DNA of 64,000 nt, taken from contig JBAXTN010000001.1 of NCBI GenBank assembly GCA_037130175.1, positions 34,246 to 98,245 of the forward strand. Reading direction: 5' to 3'. Under the pieces are notes generated by a model. It made no database searches and was not told where the DNA came from. It saw only the letters and a program-made list of their open reading frames with translations. This document shows positions 1-10,546 of the stretch, piece after piece; position 1 is the first letter of the stretch, and each line of letters opens with the position of its first letter. Source of the DNA: a bacterium (GTDB lineage: Bacteria > Verrucomicrobiota > Verrucomicrobiia > Chthoniobacterales > UBA6821). Made by a program: the position numbers and the translations under genes.

Positions 1-161
1 ATACCGAATGCTACATCAACTTTCTGAAGAGCGGGGGTAGTGATTTTCCCATTAGGACTCTTGCCAAAGCTGGCGTGGAAATGTGCTCCCCGGCTCCGGT
101 GGAAGCAGCCATGGCTCTCTTTGAAAAGCGTGTTGCCGAACTCGAATCCCTTTTGGCCTGA
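1..161 (+). CDS. pepF: Oligoendopeptidase F (M3B), C-terminal fragment (runs off window start)
   Basis: Frame from nt 3 reads TECYINFLKSGGSDFPIRTLAKAGVEMCSPAPVEAAMALFEKRVAELESLLA*, resembling the PepF C-terminal motif YLxFLKSGGSxxP...AGVDM; the stop overlaps the next ATG (TGATG). Confidence 0.8.
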   Translation, partial: TECYINFLKSGGSDFPIRTLAKAGVEMCSPAPVEAAMALFEKRVAELESLLA

Positions 162-1354
162 TGAACAGGGGGTTCATCGACAAACTTGTCGAGCGGATCC
201 GATTCGTCGAACCGAATGACATCGGGCATTATCTGCAACTCCTCTCGCGAGAGAAGGGCTTTCTGGAAACAATCTTCAACGCCCTTCTGGAAGGGGTCAT
301 CGTTACTGATCCTCAGGATAGGATCATCTATATGAATCAGGCTGCCTGTTCTTTCTTCGGAATGATTGGCGCTGAAAACATGGGCCGGCGACTCGGTGAG
401 GCGATTCCCGGTCTCGATCTTCGTTCGGTGGCGCATTCGGGTGATGTGATGAGCCGCGATCTGGAAATATTCTATCCTCAACGCAGATTTCTCAATTTCT
501 ATGTGGCTCCACTGATGAGCGATGAGAGGGAACCTTCCCGCAGAAGCCTTGTGGGACGCGCGATTATCCTGAGAGACATTACCGAGGCGCAGAGGGAAAG
601 AGAGGAGACCATCGAGAGCGAACGCTTTTCCGCAGTGACACTTCTAGCTGCAGGTGTGGCACATGAAATCGGCAATCCCCTCAATTCTCTCGACATCCAA
701 CTCCAACTGCTGGAGCGCAAGTTGAAACAACCGGGGCTCTCGGATGCAAACAGGGCCGATTTTATAGAGTCACTGAGCGTTGCCCGTGGTGAAGTTCGCC
801 GACTCGATCAGATTATCTCACAATTTTTAAAAGCCGTCAGGCCTGCTCCTCTTGAATGTCATCCCGGTGATTTCAATGCGCTGATCCTTGAAACCGTCCA
901 GTTTTTACGGAGTGAAATCGAAAATCGGAACATCACCGTGGAAATCGCGCCTTCATCGGCCCTCCCCCCGGTATTGCTCGATCGCGATCAAATGCGGCAG
1001 GCACTCTATAACATTATCCGCAACAGCTTTCAGGCCATGGGCAGCCAGGGTCTGCTCCGCGTGGTCACGGGTAGCGATGATTCCCATGTCTGGGTGAGCA
1101 TCGGCGACACGGGTGGCGGCATTTCTCAAGCTTCAATCGACAGGATATTCCAGCCCTATTACACGACAAAAGAATCCGGTAACGGCCTCGGTTTGCATGT
1201 CGTGCAGCGCATCATCCGCGCACACGGCGGGGAAATCATGCTGGAGAGTGCGGAAAACAAAGGTGTGGTTTTCACCATCCGCATCCCGCGCATCGATCGG
1301 CAGATGCGATTCCTCCCTCCAATAGAAGAATCGGATAAATCCGCGAAAAAATAG
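161..1354 (+). CDS. PAS-domain sensor histidine kinase (NtrB-like, soluble)
   Basis: PAS region (EGVIVTD..IIYMNQAA), H-box AAGVAHEIGNPL, N-box QALYNIIRNS, G1 DTGGGIS, F-box IFQPYYTTK, G2 GNGLGL. Confidence 0.9.
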   Translation: MNRGFIDKLVERIRFVEPNDIGHYLQLLSREKGFLETIFNALLEGVIVTDPQDRIIYMNQAACSFFGMIGAENMGRRLGEAIPGLDLRSVAHSGDVMSRDLEIFYPQRRFLNFYVAPLMSDEREPSRRSLVGRAIILRDITEAQREREETIESERFSAVTLLAAGVAHEIGNPLNSLDIQLQLLERKLKQPGLSDANRADFIESLSVARGEVRRLDQIISQFLKAVRPAPLECHPGDFNALILETVQFLRSEIENRNITVEIAPSSALPPVLLDRDQMRQALYNIIRNSFQAMGSQGLLRVVTGSDDSHVWVSIGDTGGGISQASIDRIFQPYYTTKESGNGLGLHVVQRIIRAHGGEIMLESAENKGVVFTIRIPRIDRQMRFLPPIEESDKSAKK

Positions 1355-1420
1355 TCTCCAGCAGGATCTGGAACTCGGGTATTGGTTGTGAACACATTAC
1401 CCTGAGCCATCTCACATCGA

Positions 1421-1981
1421 ATGAAACACAATTCAATGATCAGTTTGCTGACATGTCTTTTTGTCTGCTGTCCCCTTTTAAGCAGCCCGGCACAGGTTCT
1501 AAAACCCCAGTGGCAATATGTCATCACTACTCCGGCAACACCCCAGGGGGTTCCCTCTGCCTTTTGGCAGGAGGTGAACTATGCTTCCGATAAAGCAGGC
1601 AATGCAGCGATTATTGCGAAAGTCCAGGATGGTAGTTTTAATCCGATAGGAATTGCAGTTCTCTGGATCTCCGCTTCAGGAAAACTTTTGGCGACGATTA
1701 AAACCCCATCACAACCAACGATTCTGTCCGTTGGTCCCGACACCCTGTACATGACGGATGTTGTTGCGGAGAGCGATCACAACGGCAATCAATATGCCGT
1801 TGTGAAATACTCCTTGAACGACACAAATACGGTTCGCACCCCTTTTGGAGTCGATGGAGCCAGCATTCTATCGCTGATACCCGGTGGAGGCCCTCTCTCC
1901 ATCCCTCCAAATCCGATTTATGGTTTGGTCTTACAGAAGACTTCGGGAACCACAAATACCTTTTCCTTCTATCATTTTTGA
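1421..1981 (+). CDS. Hypothetical secreted protein
   Basis: 186-aa ORF with a signal-peptide-like N-terminus; no family recognised. Confidence 0.65.
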   Translation: MKHNSMISLLTCLFVCCPLLSSPAQVLKPQWQYVITTPATPQGVPSAFWQEVNYASDKAGNAAIIAKVQDGSFNPIGIAVLWISASGKLLATIKTPSQPTILSVGPDTLYMTDVVAESDHNGNQYAVVKYSLNDTNTVRTPFGVDGASILSLIPGGGPLSIPPNPIYGLVLQKTSGTTNTFSFYHF

Positions 1982-2191
1982 TCTGTCTCGGTGCATCGGT
2001 TTCGATGTCAGCCTTGGAGTGAGGAAATCAATGTGAGATAGCCTTTAGGAAAACCCTGATTAAATCGGATTAAGTCATCTACCTACCCCTCTCCTCAACA
2101 ACATCCCTCCACCGATTTTCTTTGAAGCGGTCTTTAATAAACCGCAGGATCATCGATTCCGATATCCCTCACTTTTCATTTTAGCCCAACC

Positions 2192-2908
2192 ATGCATTTC
2201 ATCCGATCCCTCCCTCGCCAGACAATCATCGCAGTCATTACCCTGACACTGGCGCTTTTATTTACACGGCATGCTGATTCGGCCCAGTTCATTGATCCGG
2301 CAAGCTATAATATCACGGCCATTATCCCCGCCCCTCCGCAACCAGGATCGGAGCAATACAAAATGGACACGGGCTATCTCAAGAACGCCCGTTCCACCAG
2401 CACTAGGGGGCAGATTGACAGGGCTATGACGGCATCGCATGACAGCGTCTTTGATTACTCAGACACGCTGGGAAGTTGGTTCAACAGCCGGGATCTGCCA
2501 AAAACCGCAAAACTCTTCGATCAAGTTTATGACCAGACCAAGGAAGCCATACAGATCGCAAAACATCACTTTGGCAGGGAACGCCCCATCTACTGGCATC
2601 TGACCGGTGACAAGGAAAACAGCAATGGGTACTCTTATCCTAGTGGGCACACCACCCGGGCATTTGTCTGGGCGATAATGCTCTCAAATGCCTTTCCAGA
2701 CATGGCCAAGGAACTGCATTCCCAGGCAAGGCAGAAGGCTTGGTATCGCGTCATCCTAGGCCGTCACTTCCCAGCCGATGTCCGGGCCGGAAAAATCTAT
2801 GGAAAATTCCTAGCAGGAGAGTTCCTGAAAAATCCCGCCTTTCAGAAGGAGTGGGCCATTGCCTGCAAGGAAATGCGGGATGCCAGAAAAAAAGCAACCA
2901 CTCACTGA
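2192..2908 (+). CDS. Secreted PAP2-family (class A) acid phosphatase
   Basis: Signal peptide; motifs KHHFGRERP, SYPSGH, RVILGRHFPADV. Confidence 0.9.
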   Translation: MHFIRSLPRQTIIAVITLTLALLFTRHADSAQFIDPASYNITAIIPAPPQPGSEQYKMDTGYLKNARSTSTRGQIDRAMTASHDSVFDYSDTLGSWFNSRDLPKTAKLFDQVYDQTKEAIQIAKHHFGRERPIYWHLTGDKENSNGYSYPSGHTTRAFVWAIMLSNAFPDMAKELHSQARQKAWYRVILGRHFPADVRAGKIYGKFLAGEFLKNPAFQKEWAIACKEMRDARKKATTH

Positions 2909-2971
2909 TCCCACGAGTTTATTCCTCTCTCGGATCGACACGGTGCATCATCATGCGTATCAAGTAACCCC

Positions 2972-3124
2972 ATGAAAACACTGCTTACTTTGGTTGTTGG
3001 TGCGGCATTTATCCTGAGCCTCACTGGTTGTGGCATCATCGGCGGAGCCGGTCAGGATATCAGTTCCGCAGGCCATGTGGTGACCAAGAGTGCCAATGCG
3101 GTAAAACGAACCATTTCTTACTAA
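2972..3124 (+). CDS. Entericidin EcnA/B-family small lipoprotein (50 aa, not in ORF track)
   Basis: MKTLLTLVVGAAFILSLTGC-GIIGGAGQDISSAGHVVTKSANAVKRTISY*: lipobox LTGC followed by the GxGQDIxxAG entericidin motif. Confidence 0.8.
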   Translation: MKTLLTLVVGAAFILSLTGCGIIGGAGQDISSAGHVVTKSANAVKRTISY

Positions 3125-3167
3125 GGAACCGCTGATTAAATCCCGTTCCCTGATCCAGACCACGATA

Positions 3168-4157
3168 ATGAGCACAACACCCGGCCCCATCTCCAGTTTC
3201 ATCGAGCATCACTACCGCCACTTCAATGCCGCTGCATTGAAGGATGCTGCTCATGCCTACACAGCCCATCTGGAGAAAGGCGGCACGATGTTTATGACCT
3301 TGGCTGGAGCGATGAGTACGGCTGAACTGGGACTATCTCTGGCTGAAATGATCCGTCAGGGGAAGGTCAACGCCATCTGCTGCACGGGAGCCAATCTGGA
3401 GGAGGATGTCTTCAACCTTGTCGCCCACGATTACTATGAGCGGGTACCCAATTACCGTGATCTGACAAAACAGGACGAAGTAGCCCTGCTGGATCGCCAC
3501 ATGAATCGTGTCACCGACACATGCATTCCAGAAATGGAGGCGATGCGTCGGATCGAGAGTGTCGTCCTGGAGGAATGGATGGCCTGCGATGCTGCCGGTG
3601 TGCGACTCTTCCCCCACGAGTTCATGTATCGCATTCTGCTTGGTGGCAAGCTGGAGTATCAGATTGACCCCAAGAACAGTTGGCTGATGGAAGCTGCCAA
3701 GAAAAATTTGCCCATGTTCGTTCCCGGCTGGGAGGATTCCACTCTGGGTAATATGTTCACCGGCCACTGCATCAGTGGTGATGTGAAGAATATCCACACC
3801 GTGCGTACCGGCATTGAATACATGAAGGAACTTGCTGAGTGGTACACGGAGAACTCCAAACAGATCGGCACTATCGGCTCGATCGGATTTTTCCAGATCG
3901 GCGGAGGTATCGCCGGAGACTTCCCTATCTGTGTCGTGCCAATGCTCCATCAGGATTTGCAGCGGCCCGAGATCCCACTCTGGGGTTACTTCTGCCAAAT
4001 CAGTGATTCCACCACGAGCTACGGAAGTTATTCCGGAGCGGTGCCGAATGAAAAAATCACCTGGGGCAAGCTTGGCATCGACACGCCGAGTTTCATTGTC
4101 GAGTCGGATGCCTCCATCGTGGCGCCGCTGATTTTTGCCATGGTGCTGGGCTGGTAA
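3168..4157 (+). CDS. Deoxyhypusine synthase-like protein (probable polyamine/homospermidine synthesis)
   Basis: AGAMSTAELG, TGANLEED, SYSGAVPNEKITWGK (catalytic Lys region), ESDASIVAPL. Confidence 0.9.
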   Translation: MSTTPGPISSFIEHHYRHFNAAALKDAAHAYTAHLEKGGTMFMTLAGAMSTAELGLSLAEMIRQGKVNAICCTGANLEEDVFNLVAHDYYERVPNYRDLTKQDEVALLDRHMNRVTDTCIPEMEAMRRIESVVLEEWMACDAAGVRLFPHEFMYRILLGGKLEYQIDPKNSWLMEAAKKNLPMFVPGWEDSTLGNMFTGHCISGDVKNIHTVRTGIEYMKELAEWYTENSKQIGTIGSIGFFQIGGGIAGDFPICVVPMLHQDLQRPEIPLWGYFCQISDSTTSYGSYSGAVPNEKITWGKLGIDTPSFIVESDASIVAPLIFAMVLGW

Positions 4158-4199
4158 CAGCCCCACGACTCAGTTCATTGTAGCAAAGAAGGTCGAGAA

Positions 4200-5765
4200 T
4201 CAGCTTCGCGTCTTCAACTCCACCACATCATGAGGGGCGGCCTCACGCTGACCCGCAGGACTGACACGGATGTAGCGTGCCTTTGCACGGAGCTGTGTCA
4301 AATCTGCCGCTCCGAGATAACCCATTCCGCTTTGGATACCGCCGATGAGACCTGTCAGCACCTGATCGACGGAACCACTTGCTTCTTTCAGCGCTTCAAT
4401 TCCCTCGGCTGCAACTTTGCGGGTCGTATCTCCCTTTTGATGGCCGTAACGAGCGGCGCTCCCGGCATTCATGGCTGCCAGGCTGCCCATTCCCCGGTAT
4501 TGCTTGTGGAGCTTTCCTCCGATTTCAACGACCTCGCCGGGAGACTCGGTGCAACCTGCCAAAATTCCACCGCAGATGACACCCTGCGCTAGGGTTAGCG
4601 CCTTGACGATGTCTCCCGATTTAGTGATTCCTCCATCGGCAAGGATCGAAACCTTTTTCTTTTCAGCGGCTTTGGAGCAGACATAAAGAGCCGTCATTTG
4701 TGGAATCCCCACTCCGGCCACGATTCTGGTTGTGCAGATGGATCCGGGGCCCTGCCCTACTTTGATAATATTGGCACCGCATTCGGCCAGATACTCCACC
4801 CCCGCGGCACTGGTGACATTGCCGGCAATGATCGGGAGTGCGGGGAAGGCATCCTTCAATACCTTGACCGTGTCGCCAACCCCCTTGCTGTGACCATGTG
4901 CCGTCGAAACGGCAACGACATCGACTCCCCGCTCAACAAGAGTCCCAACATGGCCGAGTATCCGATCACGGTCGAGTTCGCCAAAGGCATTGCGGGTGGC
5001 GGAAACTGCAGCGCCGCAAATCAGTCGGAACTGAGAGTCGCGTGCCGGCTTAAACTGAGCCTTGCGTTCCTGAGTGATTTTTTCCACATCACTCATGGTG
5101 ATAAGTCCGTGAAGCCGGTCCTCGTCATCGACCACCAGCAGTTTGTGAATACCCACATGCTCGGTAAAAAATTTATCAGCTTGGGCGATCGGGTCGTTGC
5201 CCAGTTCCCTGATGGAGATGGTGTGGACTTGCTGACGCTCTGTCAGTGCTTCAGCAACAGTCTTGGCGGCGTAACGGGGTTTCACCACATGACCCGAAAG
5301 CAATCCCATAAGCCTGCCCTGGGCATCAACGACGGGGAAGGTGCTAAACCCGAATTTCTTCTCCTCAATCATTCTGAGAATATCCCCGATCCGCTGGTCG
5401 GGCAGTACCTTGATTGGATCCTGGATCAGCCCCTGGACATGATATTTGACCCGGCTGATCTGTTTGAGTTGCTCGCTCTCAGGCATGTTGTAATGGATGA
5501 TGCCAAGACCGCCGTTGAGAGCCATGGCAATCGCCATGCGTGATTCCGTCACCGTATCCATGTCGGAGGAGACGATGGGAATATTGAGTTGAAGACTATC
5601 AGCCAGTCGTGAATCAAGCTTGGTTTGACTAGGAAGGACTTCCGAGTACAGAGTTGCCAAAGTCACATCATCGTAAGTCAGTCCGATGGCGGAGTTGGCC
5701 GTGAAAAAAGATTCGGCCGAGCGGTAGAATATTTCGTCACTGTGATCGCTGTTGATTGCTGCCAT
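4200..5765 (-). CDS. guaB: IMP dehydrogenase with CBS pair
   Basis: [37 protein letters not shown]. Confidence 0.93.
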   Translation of the reverse strand: MAAINSDHSDEIFYRSAESFFTANSAIGLTYDDVTLATLYSEVLPSQTKLDSRLADSLQLNIPIVSSDMDTVTESRMAIAMALNGGLGIIHYNMPESEQLKQISRVKYHVQGLIQDPIKVLPDQRIGDILRMIEEKKFGFSTFPVVDAQGRLMGLLSGHVVKPRYAAKTVAEALTERQQVHTISIRELGNDPIAQADKFFTEHVGIHKLLVVDDEDRLHGLITMSDVEKITQERKAQFKPARDSQFRLICGAAVSATRNAFGELDRDRILGHVGTLVERGVDVVAVSTAHGHSKGVGDTVKVLKDAFPALPIIAGNVTSAAGVEYLAECGANIIKVGQGPGSICTTRIVAGVGIPQMTALYVCSKAAEKKKVSILADGGITKSGDIVKALTLAQGVICGGILAGCTESPGEVVEIGGKLHKQYRGMGSLAAMNAGSAARYGHQKGDTTRKVAAEGIEALKEASGSVDQVLTGLIGGIQSGMGYLGAADLTQLRAKARYIRVSPAGQREAAPHDVVELKTRS

Positions 5766-5879
5766 GTTCAAAAATGCCTTTCAGGGGGGAGTTTTGGCAA
5801 GGCTTTTCCCGCGAACGGGGTATGACTAAATCCGGCCAATCGGAGGAGGACTCGCATCAACGGCCATTATGGGATTTAA

Positions 5880-6443
5880 TCAGCGTTTCCTTAGACTGCT
5901 CATGACATAGACCACGATGCCCAGATGAATGGCGACAGCGCTACCCAATCCCAGAATGTGATAGATCATCGGAACGGTTCCCGTGGCGCAGATTTTCCAG
6001 AGTGCTATTCCACCAACAGGAAGGAAGAGAATCACAGCCGTGATCAGTCCCGGGTTATAGCACCGAAGATGAATCGCCTGAACAAGATGGACGAATGCAT
6101 TGATCAGGGTCAGATAGATGCCAATCAGCCCGAATCCTATATCCATCCCGTAAGCCATGAGGATGGAAACGAGATTCACCCCCCAGACACCGGGAACATT
6201 GATCACAAAGACAGCTTTCTTGGAGAGGATCTCGCGTCCATCTCCCAGAATCCGATTTACAAAATGACGGAAGCGATCGTCATCATGCTCCTCCATCTGG
6301 TGCAGCATGTAGGCGGGCAACTGAAGAAAGACAAGAATCAGAGTGAGATCCCACGATCGATAAAATGCCGGCATCAATCCCAACAATAGGAAGGCGGCCA
6401 AAAATCCACCATATACCCAGTTGTTGATAACCCTCTGCAACAT
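5880..6443 (-). CDS. HXXEE-domain membrane protein
   Basis: Hydrophobic multi-TM ORF with HQMEEH motif and YNPGLITA; start could also be TTG at 6461. Confidence 0.8.
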   Translation of the reverse strand: MLQRVINNWVYGGFLAAFLLLGLMPAFYRSWDLTLILVFLQLPAYMLHQMEEHDDDRFRHFVNRILGDGREILSKKAVFVINVPGVWGVNLVSILMAYGMDIGFGLIGIYLTLINAFVHLVQAIHLRCYNPGLITAVILFLPVGGIALWKICATGTVPMIYHILGLGSAVAIHLGIVVYVMSSLRKR

Positions 6444-6457
6444 TTTGCAGCAAAACT

Positions 6458-7780
<1,323 letters not shown>

Positions 7781-7792
7781 ACTCTTGGAAAT

Positions 7793-8455
7793 TCAGATAG
7801 CGAGGGCCGCCGCAATGAACTCCCTCACCTTTACGGGATCTTTCCGTCCGGGAGCCACCTCCACCCCACTGGCGACATCGACAGCATGGGGAAAGACTGA
7901 TTGTACAGCCCCCGCCACATTTTCGGGCGTCAATCCTCCAGCCAGAAGAACTCTTCGCTTGGGATTTTCGGAAATGAATTTTGAAGCAAGGCTCCAATCT
8001 GTGGTTTTTCCACTCCCCCCGTAGCTTCCGGGCACCGCCGCATCCAGCAGGAGAAACGGCGTCTGATAGGACGGCGCGCTGGCAAGATCAGCCTCTCTAC
8101 GGATTCGAAGGGCCTTGATCCAGAAATTAAAAGCGGCACCTTCGGTGGCACAGGACTCTGGAGATTCGTCCCCGTGAAACTGGATAGCATCAAAGCATCT
8201 TGCCTCACGAAGTTTCTGAAGTAACTCAGCGTCGGGATTCACCACCACGGCCACCAAGGCGATATCGGGATAGTCGGCCTTCAGCTTCGCGATCCACGAG
8301 AGATCCCCATTCACGGGAATCGATCTGGGTGAGAGCGGGTAGAAATTGAAACCAAGCGCTCCCGCTCCTGCCTCGATGCAGCCGAGGGCATCGTCGGGAG
8401 TGGTGATCCCGCAGATCTTAGGAGCCGCAGGGGTGTGATCGAAAAACGGAATCAT
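7793..8455 (-). CDS. trpF: Phosphoribosylanthranilate isomerase
   Basis: KICGIT, QFHGDESP, GGSGKTTDW, LAGGLTPENV, VDVASGVE. Confidence 0.96.
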   Translation of the reverse strand: MIPFFDHTPAAPKICGITTPDDALGCIEAGAGALGFNFYPLSPRSIPVNGDLSWIAKLKADYPDIALVAVVVNPDAELLQKLREARCFDAIQFHGDESPESCATEGAAFNFWIKALRIRREADLASAPSYQTPFLLLDAAVPGSYGGSGKTTDWSLASKFISENPKRRVLLAGGLTPENVAGAVQSVFPHAVDVASGVEVAPGRKDPVKVREFIAAALAI

Positions 8456-8470
8456 GGAGAAACTTTGAAC

Positions 8471-8541
8471 ATCTGGAACTCAAGAAGGAGCTTGGTAGAG
8501 TTTTTCTCATTTGCTCCGTGCCCCTGCGTCTCTGCGCGAAA
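8471..8541. repeat. Repeat-arm remnants (ATCTGGAACTCAAGAA plus a degenerate 8-mer CTCTGCGY array)
   Basis: ATCTGGAACTC at 8471 is identical to 7639 and 1366; CTCCGTG-CCCCTGCG-TCTCTGCG-CGAAA at 8514-8541. Confidence 0.5.
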
Positions 8542-8554
8542 TTTCTGGCTTCGC

Positions 8555-8971
8555 CTACTCATCCGAGACCACCCGAGCATTGGCCTCTTTGATCTGCGCA
8601 TGGTGATTCACTGAGTAAATATGACCGTCACTGGAGCGGAAAAAACTACTCAGGAGCCAGCTGATCAACCCAATGACGATCCCGGCAAAGAGGGCGTTCC
8701 AGAAGCCCTCGACATGGAATCCATGAATCATGGAAGAGACAAAAAGCAGCATCAGCGCATTGATTACGAGAATGAAGAATCCCATCGTCACAATGATGAA
8801 GGGGAGACTCAGCAGCAGCAACACGGGCCGTATGATCGCATTGATAATGCCTAGCAGGAGAGCAGCGCCAACAAGAGTTCCCGTGCTGTCGTAGGAAATT
8901 CCGGGGATGATGTACGATGCCCCCATGACTGCCAGAGTCGTGATAAGCCAGCGAATGAGAAATTCCTTCAT
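8555..8971 (-). CDS. YvlD/DUF360 ('phage holin family') 4-TM membrane protein
   Basis: LLGIINAIIRPVLLLLSLPFIIVTMGFF..INA..GFWNAL; likely start ATG at 8971. Confidence 0.85.
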   Translation of the reverse strand: MKEFLIRWLITTLAVMGASYIIPGISYDSTGTLVGAALLLGIINAIIRPVLLLLSLPFIIVTMGFFILVINALMLLFVSSMIHGFHVEGFWNALFAGIVIGLISWLLSSFFRSSDGHIYSVNHHAQIKEANARVVSDE

Positions 8972-9079
8972 CCCTACAGTGTAGAGAGAGAAGATCCCCA
9001 ATGAAACGGTTTTGTCACAAAAAACAATTCGACGAGCGGGAGGAACGGCATAGAATTCGCTAATAATGTAAGAATTATT

Positions 9080-9436
9080 ATGGCTACAAAACCCTTAAAA
9101 CCAGCATCTGCCGTGAAGAAAACCGCCTCTCCAAAGGCTCCAAAGGCTCCAAAGGCTCCAAAGGCAGTTAAAACAGTAAAAACTGCTCCTGCTACCACCC
9201 GCAAAAAGCGCGTCACCAAGGCTAAAACTTCAAAAGCAACCACTACTATCTCCCTTGATCCCAAACCACCGGTCAAGGAACCTATTCTCTCACATGATGC
9301 CATTGCTCTTCGTGCCTACTTCATCGGGGAACGCCGTCAGAAATTGTGCTGGCCAGGCAATCCTTCCACCGATTGGGCGGATGCTGTGAAACAGCTGCGC
9401 GCTGAGGCGCATGAAAAACCTTTAAAGAAAAGGTAG
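9080..9436 (+). CDS. Lys/Ala/Thr-rich (histone H1-like) N-terminus fused to a DUF2934-like domain
   Basis: PKAPKAPKAPKA encoded by 9-nt tandem CCAAAGGCT (9131-9166); C-terminal IALRAYFIGERR...PG...DWADAVKQL. Confidence 0.75.
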   Translation: MATKPLKPASAVKKTASPKAPKAPKAPKAVKTVKTAPATTRKKRVTKAKTSKATTTISLDPKPPVKEPILSHDAIALRAYFIGERRQKLCWPGNPSTDWADAVKQLRAEAHEKPLKKR

Positions 9437-9446
9437 TTAGCCCCAA

Positions 9447-9528
9447 AGGCTGAAGACTTGTAGGTCAGAACAATGAACTGCTGCAACCGAGCAGCAACGC
9501 AGTGCTACGCAAAAATCTCAATCAGCCT
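9447..9528. repeat. Intergenic inverted element (AGGCTGA...TCAGCCT arms) with internal hairpin
   Basis: AGGCTGAAGAC (9447-9457) is the exact reverse complement of GTCTTCAGCCT at 30564-30574; internal TGCTGC-AACCGA-GCAGCA. Confidence 0.5.
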
Positions 9529-9530
9529 GT

Positions 9531-10460
9531 TTATTTCTTAGTACCAGTGGCGAGAATCGTTTGAAAGTTCAAAGCCTGCTGCTCCCTCGCCACCACGCTG
9601 ATTTCCAGATTTTTGAAACCCGATTTCTCCATCATGGCGTGGAGTTCAACCCCGGAGAATCCCAACCAGACATGGGCGTAGAGTTCTTTTGCCTGTTCGT
9701 AGGTATGGCTGGCCAGATCGAGGATGAGGATGCGCCCACCCGGCTTGAGAATGCGCCAGGCGCTCTCAACGGCCCTTTGGGGACGGGCTGCATGGTGAAG
9801 AGCTTGACTGAACATAACCACATCGACAGATTCGGAATCGATCGGCGGTTCCTCAAGATCTCCGAGGCGGTATTCAAGATTCTGAAAGCCGTTCTCCTTG
9901 GCAATACGCGCCCCGTATTCCACCATCTTCGGGGAATTATCAATGGCAATGACCTGTTTCGATGTCCTGGCGAGCAGTTGGGAAAGAGTCCCCTCCCCCG
10001 CACCCATGTCGGCAATCACGAGCGGCGGTAGCAATCGTAACAATCCGTGAGCGAGGGCCTGCCAGGAACGGCCAGGTATATAGGTGCGTCCGAATTTTCC
10101 GGCTAATTTATCAAAGTAGTCCGCAGCTCGATCCCTGCGTTTGTTGAGCACAAGTTGAAGCGCCTGTCGATCCCTCTCAGCTTCCGGCAGCTCAGCTACA
10201 GCGGAGAGAAGCACTTCACGAAGCGGGGCAACTGCCGTGAGAACTGCGGCGTAATAGATGTTTTTGCCGACCCTGCGATCCAGAACGAGTCCCTGACGCC
10301 GGAGCTGACCCAGACTGGCGGAGATGCGGGACTGTCCCATGCCGAGGGTCTCCTGAAGCTCGGCCACCGTAAGCTCTTCATGGAAAAGAAGGGAGAGGAG
10401 ACGCAAACGCGTAGGCTCCGAGAGAGCTCTTAGAGATTGAAGAATTGACACCACACCCAT
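9531..10460 (-). CDS. ArsR-family HTH fused to a SAM-binding methyltransferase fold (SahR-like SAM-cycle regulator)
   Basis: [40 protein letters not shown] motif; divergent from metK-ahcY. Confidence 0.88.
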   Translation of the reverse strand: MGVVSILQSLRALSEPTRLRLLSLLFHEELTVAELQETLGMGQSRISASLGQLRRQGLVLDRRVGKNIYYAAVLTAVAPLREVLLSAVAELPEAERDRQALQLVLNKRRDRAADYFDKLAGKFGRTYIPGRSWQALAHGLLRLLPPLVIADMGAGEGTLSQLLARTSKQVIAIDNSPKMVEYGARIAKENGFQNLEYRLGDLEEPPIDSESVDVVMFSQALHHAARPQRAVESAWRILKPGGRILILDLASHTYEQAKELYAHVWLGFSGVELHAMMEKSGFKNLEISVVAREQQALNFQTILATGTKK

Positions 10461-10546
10461 TTACATATACATATATGTTTATAAGTAAAGCCTCTGTTGC
10501 AATAACTTACTCTACTTCAACCCAAAACACACAACCCCACCATCCC

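Noticed and set aside
8555..8971. 'Phage holin' as evidence of a prophage
   Set aside because: YvlD/DUF360 is a widespread chromosomal membrane protein; no other phage genes are present
10461..10546. SAM riboswitch upstream of metK
   Set aside because: The gap is short, AT/AC-rich and shows no recognisable SAM aptamer
10445..10546. N-terminal extensions in the ORF track (metK, ahcY, Gfo/Idh, speA, larC, lpxA, RNA methyltransferase, ribD, BMC genes)
   Set aside because: Family similarity begins at downstream ATGs preceded by the typical C/A-rich leader; the extensions overlap neighbouring genes
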